This document shows, in pieces, positions 24,718 through 36,781 of a stretch of DNA of 64,000 nt (positions are counted from its first letter, which is position 1; every line of letters begins with the position of its first letter). Both the position numbers and the translations under genes were made by a program. The DNA comes from Nymphaea colorata (taxonomy: Eukaryota). The stretch is taken from the NCBI RefSeq assembly GCF_008831285.2, contig NC_045138.2, positions 32,612,001-32,676,000 on the forward strand, written 5' to 3'. Under the pieces are notes generated by a model. The model was not told where the DNA came from. It ran no database searches and worked only from the letters and a program-made list of their open reading frames with translations.

Positions 24718-27700
24718 AGAACTTCAAGAGCTAGGACTCCAAAGCTATAGACATCACACTTCTTTGTCACTCTCATGGTGTATGCCAACTCTGCAGTAAA
24801 GAAGCTAGTATTTTTAAAACATTAACATAGTTTAGTGGATGGATCTACCAGTTATAAGGCCAGTAGAACTTATAATAGTCTTAAAAAGGACAATGCAAAA
24901 TCTTTTGACAAAAAATTTAGCGCATACCTGGAGCCATGTAGCCGTGCGTTCCTACGCACCAAGTCCAATTGGATGAATTTGGGTTTAGTAATCTTGCTGT
25001 TCCAAAATCAGAAACACATGCATCAAAATCAGGATATAACAAAATGTTCTTGCTGGAGATGTCGCGGTGGATTATTGGAATTGAATGATCATGGTGCATA
25101 TATGACAAAGCATCAGCAACACCAGTTATGATATTCACCCTCTTTGCCCAATCTAATCCTTTAGCCTCTTCATTGCTGCTTAATATGTTTGCCAGGCTTC
25201 CCCTTTCTAAATATTCATACACTAAGAATGACCAATGAGGATGCTTACAGAATCCATAGAGCTTGACTATGTTTCTATGGCGAACTTTTGTCAATGCTTT
25301 AATCTCATTTCTGAAGCCAAAGTCTGTCAACGTATCATTACCCTGTTGATTGAACTTCTTGACTGCCACTATTTGACCTGTGGGGAGTTCAACTTTGTAG
25401 ACGCTACCATGACTTCCTGTACCAATAACATAGTCATCGCTGAAATTCCTTGCTGCACTGACAATATCCTCATAATCAAGTTCACCGTCATAGTTCCACA
25501 TGGAGAAGAAATCAATTCCTTGGCTTGTTTCAACAATGATTCTGTTCTTGTTTCGCCTTCTCAATTTTGTTTTTTGACAGATCTTGCAAGTTCCAGTAAC
25601 CAGGAACAGAAGAATGAGGACTGCAGCAACTGGAGTAACAATCGCCTCCAATGTTTGACTTTTCTTTTGTTGTATAACATCTTTTGGAGGCATGCATGGA
25701 CGCAAGTTAACTCCTCCACATAAGCCAAGATTGCCTATAAATGACTCTACCGAAGCATTCAGGAAGGCAGCGTTGTTTGGGAGAGGACCTTGGAGACTGT
25801 TAAAGGACAAATCAACAGAAGTCAAACTAACCATTCCAGCCAAAGATGATGGGATTGCACCAATGAGCTTGTTATGGGAAAGATTGAGCATCTCCAAATG
25901 AATTAACTTCCCAAGTTGGTCTGGTATTGTCCCTGTTAGCACGTTACGGCTAAGATCTAGCAGCATAGATAGTCCTGCCAAGTTCCCCAACTGAGAAGGA
26001 ATTTTTCCGTTCAAGGTATTGTTACTCAGCTTCAATCGAATCAACGTAGTAGAATTCCCAAGCTCTTCAGGTATTGGTCCGCTAAGTTTGTTTGATGACA
26101 AATCCAAATGCTGCAAATTTTTTAACATTCCAATCTCTGATGGTATGCCACCTGAAATATGATTGTTACTCATATCTATATATTGCAAGAACGAAAGTTC
26201 CCCTATTCCTCTTGGAATCTCTCCTGTTATGTAATTGGTAGAAATATTTATTAGCCCCAATCGTGCCAGTTGAGAAATTGAACCTGGAATCTTGCCGATA
26301 ATGTCGTTATTAGAGAAATCCAACCGTTGAAGACTGTGACATCCACTCCAGCTCGGCGAGAGCTCTCCTGTTAGTTGATTGTTGCTTATGTCAATGCGCA
26401 ACAGGTTCGGATATGATCCAAATGCCTCTGAAATGTTACCACTAAGTTGGTTCCCACTTAAAGTGAGTTTGTATAAGCTTGTACAATTCCTCAAGCTTTC
26501 TGGTATTGATCCAGTGAAATGGTTGTTGGAAGCAGAAAAGACGAAGGGCATGCCACCCTTACATATTATTGATGGTAAAGAACCGAAGAGATTATTCGCT
26601 GAAAGGAACAACTGGCCTAGACTTGTCAGATTACTCATTTGTGGAGGTAGAGTGCCGAAGAGGCTATTATTGCTCAAGTTCAAGAAGTAAAGATTAGACA
26701 GGTTACCTATTGAAGGAGGGACCAAACCTGGAAGAAAGTTAGACGCTAAATCCAATTCAATGAGCGCACTGAGCTTCCATAACTCTTGTGGAATGGTCCC
26801 AGTCAGCAAATTTACTCCAAGGAACAAATGCTGCAGACTGGACAGGTTTCCAATCTGCACTGGAATGGAACCTGTAAGTGAGTTGGTATCAAGGTCCAAG
26901 AAGTCGAGATTTGTGAGCTCTCCTATCGTCTGTGGAATAGTTCCAGTAAGATGGTTGTCATTGATGATTAGATTCACTAGACTAGATAATTGTCCAATAG
27001 AAGTAGGGAGAGGTCCTGCGAGGGAGTTGAATGACAATTTTATAGAAACAAGGTTCTTAAGCTTTCCTATTTCAGGTGGTATGGATCCAAGAAAGGAGTT
27101 GTCGGTTAGGTCCAAATCGGTGAGTTTCATGAGATTTCCAATCTCAGAAGGGATCTCACCAGACAACTTATTTTGAAGGATGATCATGTGAGACAAGCCA
27201 GACAAATTCCCTAGCGCCTTAGGCATTGAACCTGTGAGTTGGTTTGAGTAAAGGCTTAACTCGACCAGGCTGCTAAGTTTCCCCATTTCTGAAGGGACAC
27301 GTCCGAATAGATTATTCACTGAGAGGTTTAAACTTGTAAGGCTAGACATGTTGCCTATGGAAGATGGGATTGGTCCTTGGAAAAGATTATGAGCTAGATC
27401 CAAGCGTGTCAGCTTCTCCAACTGGCCTATTTCTAGAGGGATGTTGCCGGTTAGTTTGTTGCCAAAAAGCACAAGACGAGTAAGGTTCCTCCAATTGGTG
27501 AAAAAGCTCGGTATTAGCTCTCCATCAATAAAGTTGTCTGATATCCAGAACTCAGAAATTTGAGTAACATTGGCCATAGTAACGGGTAAGCTGCCAGAAA
27601 ACTGGTTCACCGATAAATCTAGGAAGGTAAGTTTGGAGAGGTTGCCTATACCATCAGGAATGCTTCCATTGAGATTGTTACCTCTGAGATCGAAATGTGC

Positions 27701-28003
27701 AAGATTAGGGAAGGCAGCGAAGTCGAAATAGTTGAGTGTACCTCGAAGACCTTTATTTTGAAGACTTATCTTGACGACACTCGTTTTATCGCTGCTGCAC
27801 TGTATCCCGTCCCACTGGCAGGGAGCGCCATATCTGGATTTGAGGAATGACCAAGAGGAATTCAGCACGTGGGCGTCTTGGAGACTGTCTCTCCACTTGA
27901 GAAGTGCTTTTGCTTCTGCCTGCAATGACTGAGCACGTGCGTCTCCTAATGAACAAAGACTCCAAAGAAGGAAGAAAAGCAGGAGCAGCCGGTCGCTTCT
28001 CAT
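24447..28003 (-). CDS. MIK2-like LRR receptor-like Ser/Thr kinase (~1139 aa); exons 28003-24928 and 24790-24447
   Basis: Signal peptide, LRRNT ([17 protein letters not shown]), >20 plant LRRs (L..L..LDLS.N.L.G.IP), GNLGLCG cap, [17 protein letters not shown] kinase ([39 protein letters not shown]). GT-AG phase-1 intron. Confidence 0.93.
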
Positions 28004-29244
28004 GGTGCTATTGTTTCTGTTGCAACTGAGAAATTAGGCGTTCGTGTGGATTCACTAGTGGTGCATGTTAATGGCATATAAAGATGTTGGGAAGTCCACA
28101 GTCCGCGACGAAGATACCTAGAAAACAACTTTGTCCATTCCTTTACATTCCACATATTCTAGGTCTGAAGTTCCTGGAAACTTCATTTCCATTCTATATT
28201 TCCATGTAGCTGCCTAAAATTTTGTACTCCGATCGCTACGTTAAGTTAGTGGGCAGCCATTTTTCCAGCAGCGGTCCCACGTATGTTTTGCAACTTTGTC
28301 AAGGGAGAAAAGGAAATGTGTTTGCATCATCAACGGTAAAACAAGAAGCCGACTAGCGAGAGTTGTTTTCTTTGATGAGTTTGAATGTGAAGTTTCTGGA
28401 TTATCAGAAACTTCAAGTTATAAGAAGGTCAGGGGTTCAAAGCCCGACCTGTATGTTCCTAAACTTGCCGGGTCTGCCTAACCATGCGTATTGTTTGGCC
28501 TATAGAAGAGCACATTTTTATGTTAAAATTTTCAAATCAAATAAAGAATATAAAATGGGCACGTATGTGAAGATAAAAGTAAATGAGAAATTAAAGGGAA
28601 GTGATGGAAGGAACAATTATTGGCCCTTGTAGATATTGCAGTCACAAACTACTCTTGCGCATATTAATTTGTGCCTTTGTAGTTTCTTTTACTTGGCAAA
28701 AAAGTAGTCAAGTCAACCATGTACGTGGAAAGTATAATAAAGGGAAAAAGACGATAACCAGCCGAATTTCCTCTTGGGCGCATGGGACCGTGGCATTCAT
28801 CAGCAGAGGAGGCCCAGCCACTTCACAGACAACGTGAAGACCCCGCTAAATAATGCGATTCCGGGCGGTCAACCACCAGAAAATTCCTCGTGTTCAGTTT
28901 CTTCTGATCCAGAGAAATTTGATCGGTTTAAGACTAGTAGATTCTACAGCTAACAGAACATCCATGGTTGGATGTAGAAGGAAATGAAATCCCACCACGA
29001 AGCCAGAAGCCAACCATTTTTGCTGTGTAAGCCGGGTGAGTAGTGGCCCACTATAAGAAATGTAAAGAAAAGTCCAAAAGCTAAACAGATTCCAATTCTT
29101 TCCTGTCTCTTTCCCTCTCTTTTTCCTTGCTATCCTGGACCTCTGTGATTTTATCTCCTACAGAATTCCGACGTAGTAATATATATGCTTATATCAGCCG
29201 ATATATGTTCCACAGGGTCTCTTAGTCTCTTCCTCCCCTGTCAT

Positions 29245-29624
29245 TCACCTCCTCTCCTCTGTTAACAAATGAAGTGGAATCTCACTGGTTTTGTATTGCG
29301 CGATACAACGGAACCGATCAATGGATTCCAATGACGTTGCACAGCGCTTTAGTTTTTCTTTCACTGCTAACTGTCGAGCATGAAGCTTGATTAAACGTGT
29401 AGAATTAAATATCTAAACAATCTGATAAACTGCAGCTTGCAGCCCCAATTATAATCTGCCAAAGCAAAAGTTTACCACAGTGACAAGGAAAATTGAACTC
29501 GTATCCTTTATGAAAATACAAAACAACAAATTGATCAGTGAAAGGAAATAAACATCAAGCGAATGTAGCTTACTGCAAGAAAAGCTGAGATGATGGAGGA
29601 GAAGGAAACTGCCATACTGTTCAT
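29245..29624 (-). pseudogene. Internally deleted BURP pseudogene
   Basis: Exon 1 29624-29574 MNSMAVSFSSIISAFLA, exon 2 from 29455 IIIGAASCSLSDCLDI*, then remnant AVKEKLKRCATSLESI (~29370-29320). Confidence 0.8.
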
Positions 29625-31501
29625 CGGCCTACCCAGTACTTTAGTTACGCAGTTCGGTGAAGGGAGCGGTAGTGCTTCCTGCTTTTTATAAAGAAGAACT
29701 GTGTGTGCGTGTTTGATCGATACCATTGACCGATTCGGAGGCAACTCGGGCACGGAACACGTTGAAGCCCTGGTATTTATACGACCAAGAACCGGTCGCA
29801 TAACAACAGTACATAATAGATTTCAAGGCAAATCATGGACTCAGATTCAATCGACCGACTGGAAACGAGAATGTGGACAATCATGGACCGAACCGTTTAC
29901 ATTGGATCCCGACGTGACGTGTGAAGGGGATTAGGAAGAAGGAGAGACGGAAATACAGAAACTGCATGAGCCCTTGGCTTCTGGCAGGGTGTGACTTGTG
30001 GGCGAGACGGAGAAATGGGGCCTCTGTTCTTCATCTTCAAGTGTATACTGTAATTTCCCGGATGAAGCATGAAGACCCAAGTTGTGCGAAAAGGTCCTGC
30101 TCTAGATTAGTACGTCATCCTTTTCTAAGATTATTAGTAGTTGCAAACCAATCTTTCCCCTCATTTTTTACCCCTTCGTTTCGTTGTTCAATATTCTTAT
30201 TTATAGGCTATAGTTCATTGATCTCAAAGAGAGAGAGGGGGGGAGAGAGAGATATGAATAACTAACCACTGAATTTATCACAAAATTATAAATAACTACC
30301 TAACATTTCAAAAAGACTATAAATAACTGCCAACTTCGTAAAATAGTTCACAAAAACTTCACAACGCAAATTGTCTCGTGTAACAGGCAGGTCATGTTTG
30401 CTTAGAAAACGAGGGCAGTTTTGCAAATTATCTTCAAGGATAACAAGCAAACAAGATTTTTCTACCAGCAGTCCAATTATAATCCAATTAGTGAAAGGTA
30501 GCAAGCATTAGCCTTCTATTATTTTTAAATATTTAAATTTATGTTAATTTTAATATTTTTGACAAATTCACAATTATACATTTTAACTTTAAACTTTTAG
30601 ATCAATTTTTCGACGGATGGTAGTGGGGGTAAAGTGGCCATGGCCCCTTGTATCTCCACCGGGAGTGGATAAGTCATGTATCCACTCTACAAGACTTTAA
30701 CGGTACCCTGCGTTGGTGTACCAAATTTAGTGCCCCAGTACAATTAAATATGAAAATGCTTTCATTTAAATAAGGAAAATAAACTTCCTAAAAATAAAAG
30801 AGGTAATAAAAAAATTAAAAGACTAAAAAAAAAACATTTCTTTCAACAATTTTAAAATTATCTTTGTTATCCTTTGGTATGTGTATGTATGTTGTGTGCG
30901 CCGAGGGGCGCAGGCAACTCTGCCTCGTTTCCATCTTATGTAATTCAAGCATTTCCATTTTAATAGTTTCCATCAGCATGATAAAGTAAGAAGGCGACTT
31001 GGGTGTTGTAGTGGCTGTGCTGCAGAATCCCACAACCACCTGACAACATCATCAAGTCCAAATATCATCACAAACAACAATAAGAAGGCGTCGATTTGTT
31101 AAATGCTGGATCGATCCCTATGTTGCTTTCTGTAAATGGTTCTTAAATTTTAAAGGAAATCAATATCGATGTTGTTTGATAGATGGGACTAACACCCACA
31201 TTTTACAATTGCTGTCTGGTGGCGCAGATGTGATGAAATTCTTGGAAACTTAAACGGGTGATGTGCACAATTTTGTGTATGTCATAGCTAAAATTCGACA
31301 AGAGATTTAAACTCACTTTTGTGCAACTCAATCTATTATGTTGGAGGCCGTGTATATATATATATATATATATAGACTCTAAAAGTAGACAAAATAAGAG
31401 ACTTTTGCCTTTTCGTATGAGCTTGATTCTTGACATAAACAAACACCACTGTGGAGTTTATTACATTTATAAACAGCACAGTAGCATACGGGCTACCTTG
31501 A

Positions 31502-32826
31502 GGGTGCGTTTCATGCACCGGTTGAAATCAAAATTTTCGGAAAAAATCGTACGGATGGGTGAAATTTCATCCGCCCGACAAAAACTGCATCAAACGGGGT
31601 GAAATTCACTCCGTTTTTTGCAAAAAGGAGCGGGTGGAATTCCACCCGCTCAAAAGTCCGAGCTCCGACCTCGGACTTTCAAGCGGGTGGAATTCCACCC
31701 GCTCGACAACCTCCCCCGACTGATGAAACACCAACCCCTCACAGCTCACCTTCTCACCCTCGCAGCTCGCCTTCTCACCCTCGCACCAGTTCTCACCGTC
31801 GCACCAGCTTCTCACCGTCGCACCAGCTCTCACCGTCCCACCAGCTTCTCACCGTAGCACCAGCTCTCACCGTCGCACCAGCTCTCACCGTCGCCTTCTC
31901 ACCGTGAACAGCCCTAACTAAGCTTGAGATAGTTTCAGCTACGATCTACAGTTCAATCGTGGTTAACTTTTGGGGCTTTGGGTGTTGATAGATTCCTCTC
32001 GAGGAGATCTTTCCAAATGAGGTGAAATCGCGACGATTGGCCCAGTATAGAGCGAGCTACGGCCTCCGAAAGTCGCAACAGCTTCTGTCCTGCTATTCCG
32101 CCGACCAGTCTGTGTTTCCGGCAACTTTGCCGGCGATCGGACCATTGGATCAAACTGATTCCGGTGCCATTCGATCCGTGACATCCATACGATCCTCTCC
32201 ACCAAATTTGAGGATTATTGGCCCAGTATAGAGCGAGTTACCGCCTCCGAAAGTCGTAACAGATTCTGTCCTGCTATTCCACCGACCAATCTGTGTTTCC
32301 GGCGATCGGACCGTTGGATCAAACTGATTCCGGTGCCATTCGATCCGTGACATCCATACGATCCTATCCACCTAATTTGAGGATGATCGGACCATGGATA
32401 GCGAATCTGGATGCGATGGCCGGAATATGGCGGAAATCGGCGGCGTCCAATCTTGAGAATGGCGGAAACAGGCGACAGGTGAACCGAATCTTCAAGACTC
32501 AACGAGTTGGCCTTAGACTACTCGGATTTGACTCAAATTTGGGGCGTCCAATCCTGAGAATGTTGGCTTTCTGGTGACCAAATTTGGTGATTTTTGGAGA
32601 CTTTTACGATTTTATACAAATTTTGGAGTGAAGCTCCCTCAATGAGGTTAAATTTTTTTTGCATCTAACAAACGTACATGGTGAAATTTACCACGTTAAT
32701 TTCTTCCTGTACATCAAACATGACCTCAAATCGAAAGAGGGTAAATTTGATCCTGAAATTTTTTTCAAAAAAATTTGTTAGGAAAATTTACCACGTTAAA
32801 TTCTTCCCTGTGCATGAAACGCACCC
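31502..32826. mobile_element. Non-autonomous PIF/Harbinger-like DNA transposon (1325 bp)
   Basis: Perfect 17-bp TIR GGGTGCGTTTCATGCAC and 3-bp TSD TGA (31499-31501, 32827-32829). Internal ~18-19-bp minisatellite (31745-31905) and ~180-bp duplication (32040-32390). Confidence 0.85.
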
Positions 32827-33035
32827 TGAGGAACAAATTGAAAAAAAGATAACTTTACCGATGACTGTTGAAACAATTTGACATTTGATAACTATAAACA
32901 ACTGATTAGGTTAATGAAAAAAACACCTGATGAGTAAAAAACATTAGTACGTATAGTTAAAATGACAATTTTACCATTCAATAAATAAAATTGGAGACGA
33001 CGGTCCAGCCCATACACGTATTAGTAGCATGCAGA

Positions 33036-34975
33036 TCAGTTGGGGACCCAAGCAAGGCCCTCTACAATGAAGTGGCAAATGGGCACAGTTCCTGGCTTCA
33101 CACCCAGCACCCTGAAGCTCTCATGCCGGGGATTCCAGTTTGATGTATCGATATGGCACAAAGCAATGGCGCTCACTCGGCTACCATCTTCAGCAACCAA
33201 CGGAACCATGTATACCCTTGTCCCCGCGAAATTGTGGCAGTAGAATACAGCGTAAGGAAACACAGTGTTGTGGCATGTCATAACTTTATTGGTCATCATC
33301 CTTCCACCACCAGCACCAACTCTGTAACTCCTGACTTTCACAGCCTCCTCTCTGTTAACAGCAGAAGTGAACACCGCATGAATCTCTCTTGTTCCCAACT
33401 CCGCAACAACGAAATCGATCATCGACTCCAGCGATGTTGCACAGTGCTTTACTTCTCCTTTAATTGCAGCCGCCTCACAATCCTGAAGCGTTTCCCTGAT
33501 AAGAGAAGCACGGTCGGATTCGGGTTGAATGGAGAACATCTTGAGGATAGCAGTGAGATTGGAGGTTGAGAAGGGAATTGCTTGAGCTCGCTGGCGGGGG
33601 AAGAAACGGCCACCACTTAAAGCTACGGGGGTGATCATCATGGTGACGTTCATCTTGCTACCAGGCTGCATGTCTTCCCTCAGGGAATAAAGAGGTGCAT
33701 TGTTCGGTGGGCAGTTCATGGGGCTTAAGCCAGGGTAACCGCTCATCGCGGCCCACTTACAACAGCAAGCTTTGGTAGGGAAGATAGGGGTAGGAGGAGA
33801 ACTGTTAGTGAGGTTACGACCACCAGATCCTGCAGTCAATTCAAATTAAAGGACTGGCTAAGTTATCAATCTTATTATATTATTTGCTCACCATAAATTC
33901 GAGCATACACGTGACACTAAATCCTGTTTACTATTAACCGGTTTTTTCTTTTTCCGTAAAAAGAGGCGTAATGAGTATAGAGATGTAGTGGAAAGTCTTT
34001 GTCATACATGTATATCTTTTAGTTGATGTAATTAGTAATTTACGATTGTATAGTGTATTTTTGTTACGTAGATAATATATATGTATAGTTTTTGTAAAAC
34101 AGTCATCTATGTATAGATATATGTAAGGGCACTTTCACTAAAAAGCTTTGACCGTTTTTGGCAACGGTAAAATCCGTGACTGCAACCTTTTTCATTATCT
34201 TTGGTGTTGGATTGATTCGTCGCCAATATTTGCCTATTGTTCTCTTAGGTACTGAAATTTCCAGGTCATTATTATATTACCCGATAGACAGATCTGTCAC
34301 TAATTCCTGCTATTAGATGTCTATGCGAACTGTCGTAAAACATCTGTCACTGGTGTCTAAATCTTTTCTCGCCATTGTTGTAATGGTGATGGTTAATTCA
34401 GTTGCTACAATGACAGCCTTTAACGAGGGATATACTCAGAAATGGCAACAGCTAATTTCATTGGTTTCAGCGAAGGACTGGGATTTAAGTAATAGCTGTG
34501 GAAACCATGGTAATAGCAACGTTCTGGCGGTCGCTATTAATCGTAATTGTAGTATTACGACTGTTGTTGGCACTTTCAGCGACTGATTTTAATTGATTAT
34601 TAATCATCTGGTGGGGAATATATATATATATATATATATATATACTATCAATTGAATTTGGTAGTGCAATACCTGACGGAGAGGGGGACAAGAGTTCTCT
34701 AATGGCATTTGGCATGGGGGTGCTTGGGAACACCCTGTTCCAATAACCATCAGGCGTCAGAGATAAGCTGCAGCTTGCAGTCCCAATTATAAGCTGCCAA
34801 AACAAAAGTTCATCACAGTGATACGGAAATTAACTCCATCTTTTAATGAAATCGTTGCAGAAGAAAATACAGATGATTAATTAATGAAAGGAAATTAAGA
34901 TCAAACAAAACAGATGTAGCTTACTGCAAGAGAAGCTGAGATGATGTAGAAGGAGGAAACTGCCATACTGTTCAT
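33036..34975 (-). CDS. BURP-domain protein, RD22-like, ~321 aa; exons 34975-34925, 34793-34673, 33829-33036
   Basis: Signal peptide MNSMAVSSFYIISASLA|LIIGTASCS; YWNRVFPSTPMPNAIRELL motif; KHCATSLESMIDF; four CH motifs CH-x10-CH-x25-CH-x25-CH-x7-W. Splice phases are consistent and the ORF is open. Confidence 0.92.
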
Positions 34976-35032
34976 CGAGCTACCCAGTACTTAAGTTCTG
35001 TTGTTTGGTGAAGGGAGGGTAGTGCTTCCTGC

Positions 35033-35040
35033 TTTTTATA
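35033..35040 (-). promoter_or_regulatory. Putative TATA box of BURP gene (also at 18834-18840 and 29683-29690)
   Basis: TATAAAA about 60 bp upstream of the ATG, conserved in all three promoter copies. Confidence 0.6.
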
Positions 35041-35366
35041 AGGAAGAACTGTGCGAGCGTGTTTGGTCGATACTGTTGACCGATTCGGAGCTAAGGTGGA
35101 CACGGGAACGGAAGACGTTGAAGAGGCAAGAGTAAATATATTTGAAATCATGGACACAGATTCAATCGACCGACCGGAAATTAGCAACAGGACAGTCATG
35201 TAAGCTTCTTTCTCAAAATTCCAGCCATTTATATTTAGCCTATTTTGTGTCTATTTAGCCTCTCTTTTTTTTTTCTTTCAGCAGTTTTTACGTTATGGCT
35301 CCTAACACCGGGCCGTTTGTTAGGGGCTCAAAATGTCCTCGTGTATAAAATGAATGACCCTCGCAT

Positions 35367-35693
35367 TGTTGGTGTATGTAAGTTGAACCATACTGGACAC
35401 TCATTTTCATTTACAATACCGCGGATCCAAATACGGGTTTGCCCTAATCCTTATGGGTATATGGGTCATTTTGTACAAATGCGGGTTTGCCCTAATCCTT
35501 ATGTTTTGAGGATGGCCGCCGCTGAGAGTGTCTGTTCTGTGTGTTCATAGAAGAGAGAGAATACAAGAGATCTGTGCGACTGTGGACGTAGGAGATTATT
35601 GCTCCGAACCACGTAAATCGTTGTCTTCTTCCTTGTTGCTTCTAACCCCTTCTTGAGAGTGCGAGAGGAGTGTTTATTGTGTTGTTCCTAACA
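35367..35693. mobile_element. Solo LTR (327 bp)
   Basis: TGTTGG...CCTAACA flanked by 5-bp TSD CGCAT (35362-35366, 35694-35698). The paralogous empty site has a single CGCAT near 19217-19221. Confidence 0.92.
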
Positions 35694-36781
35694 CGCATAA
35701 CGGTAAAAGTAGAATGATAAAAAAAATGCACCTGCAACATTACTAAAATGTCCATATGGTCAGAACACAGCTTCTTGTGTTAGCGACATAACTAAAATTT
35801 TATTTGATCCATGAATTATCATAGAGTTTAGACAGCTAAATTCTCAATATTACTGAGAAAGTTCAGAGGAGAAAATGTTGGTTACCTAAAAGTTAGGTCC
35901 CACCCAATTCAGTTTTTTTTTTTTTTTTGGTTTGAAAAAGAGAAGAAACATGGTCATTTCTAGTCCAGTTAATTGAAGTCAGGTCCAATAATGTTCAGTA
36001 CATGGCGAATCTGACCCGAACCGTTTACGTCGAGTAGTCATCTTCGTGACGTGTCAAAGGAATTCATCTTCGACTTCGACTGCATACGGTGACCCAATTT
36101 TCCTCTTTTTGATTTTTTGAGCTTTCATACTTTTGTGTCATTCTTATTTAGGAAGATTATTCATTCATAAATGGCATAAGTTTATTGGTTCATGAAACGG
36201 GCCAAGGAACATGTCGTTCTAGCTTTTATGCACAACAATTTGGGGTTTAGTAATAGGAAAGCTGTGTTCCTTGGAACGCAGTGTTCCATGCATGTGTTCA
36301 CCTTTCAAATAACAAAGCATTCGTGTAACCAAACGCCGTCGACCTAATATCTTGCACTAGCTATACTGAACCACTAGCTTTTATTGTGTAGCCCTGATCA
36401 GATCTGTATTGAATAGATTGATCATTTTTTCCCTTTTAGTTTCTTAATAATTTTTTCCAATTTCTTACTTACAGTGCAAGCGATTTGGTGGAGACCGACT
36501 CCTGGAAAGACGGTGCTACACCATCTCCTTTAGACACGCATCTCAGGTTGCAAGACGGGACAGAATGGATTCAATGAATGTCACAATTATCATTGCACGT
36601 TTGCGTTCAATGGTTGAAACAGTCAGTCCGTGACGAAGAAGAAGACGTACAAGAAAGCAGTCCACGACGCAGAAGGTAAGCAACGACACTACAACTCAAG
36701 GAACGCAATGGCATATATACAAATGATGATACTCAACACAAACTCAATATATACTGCCATTGTATATTGTCCCATAAGCTC

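Noticed and set aside
25235..27176. Long plus-strand ORFs
   Set aside because: Antisense shadows of the LRR-RLK coding sequence.
31745..31905. Short repeat array as CRISPR or a repetitive peptide gene
   Set aside because: Eukaryotic DNA, no unique spacers, and it lies inside a TIR element.
34317..34586. ORF inside BURP intron 2 as a hidden core-peptide exon
   Set aside because: It is antisense to the BURP, and I found no convincing minus-strand exon or peptide repeats. Exons 2 and 3 already join in phase.
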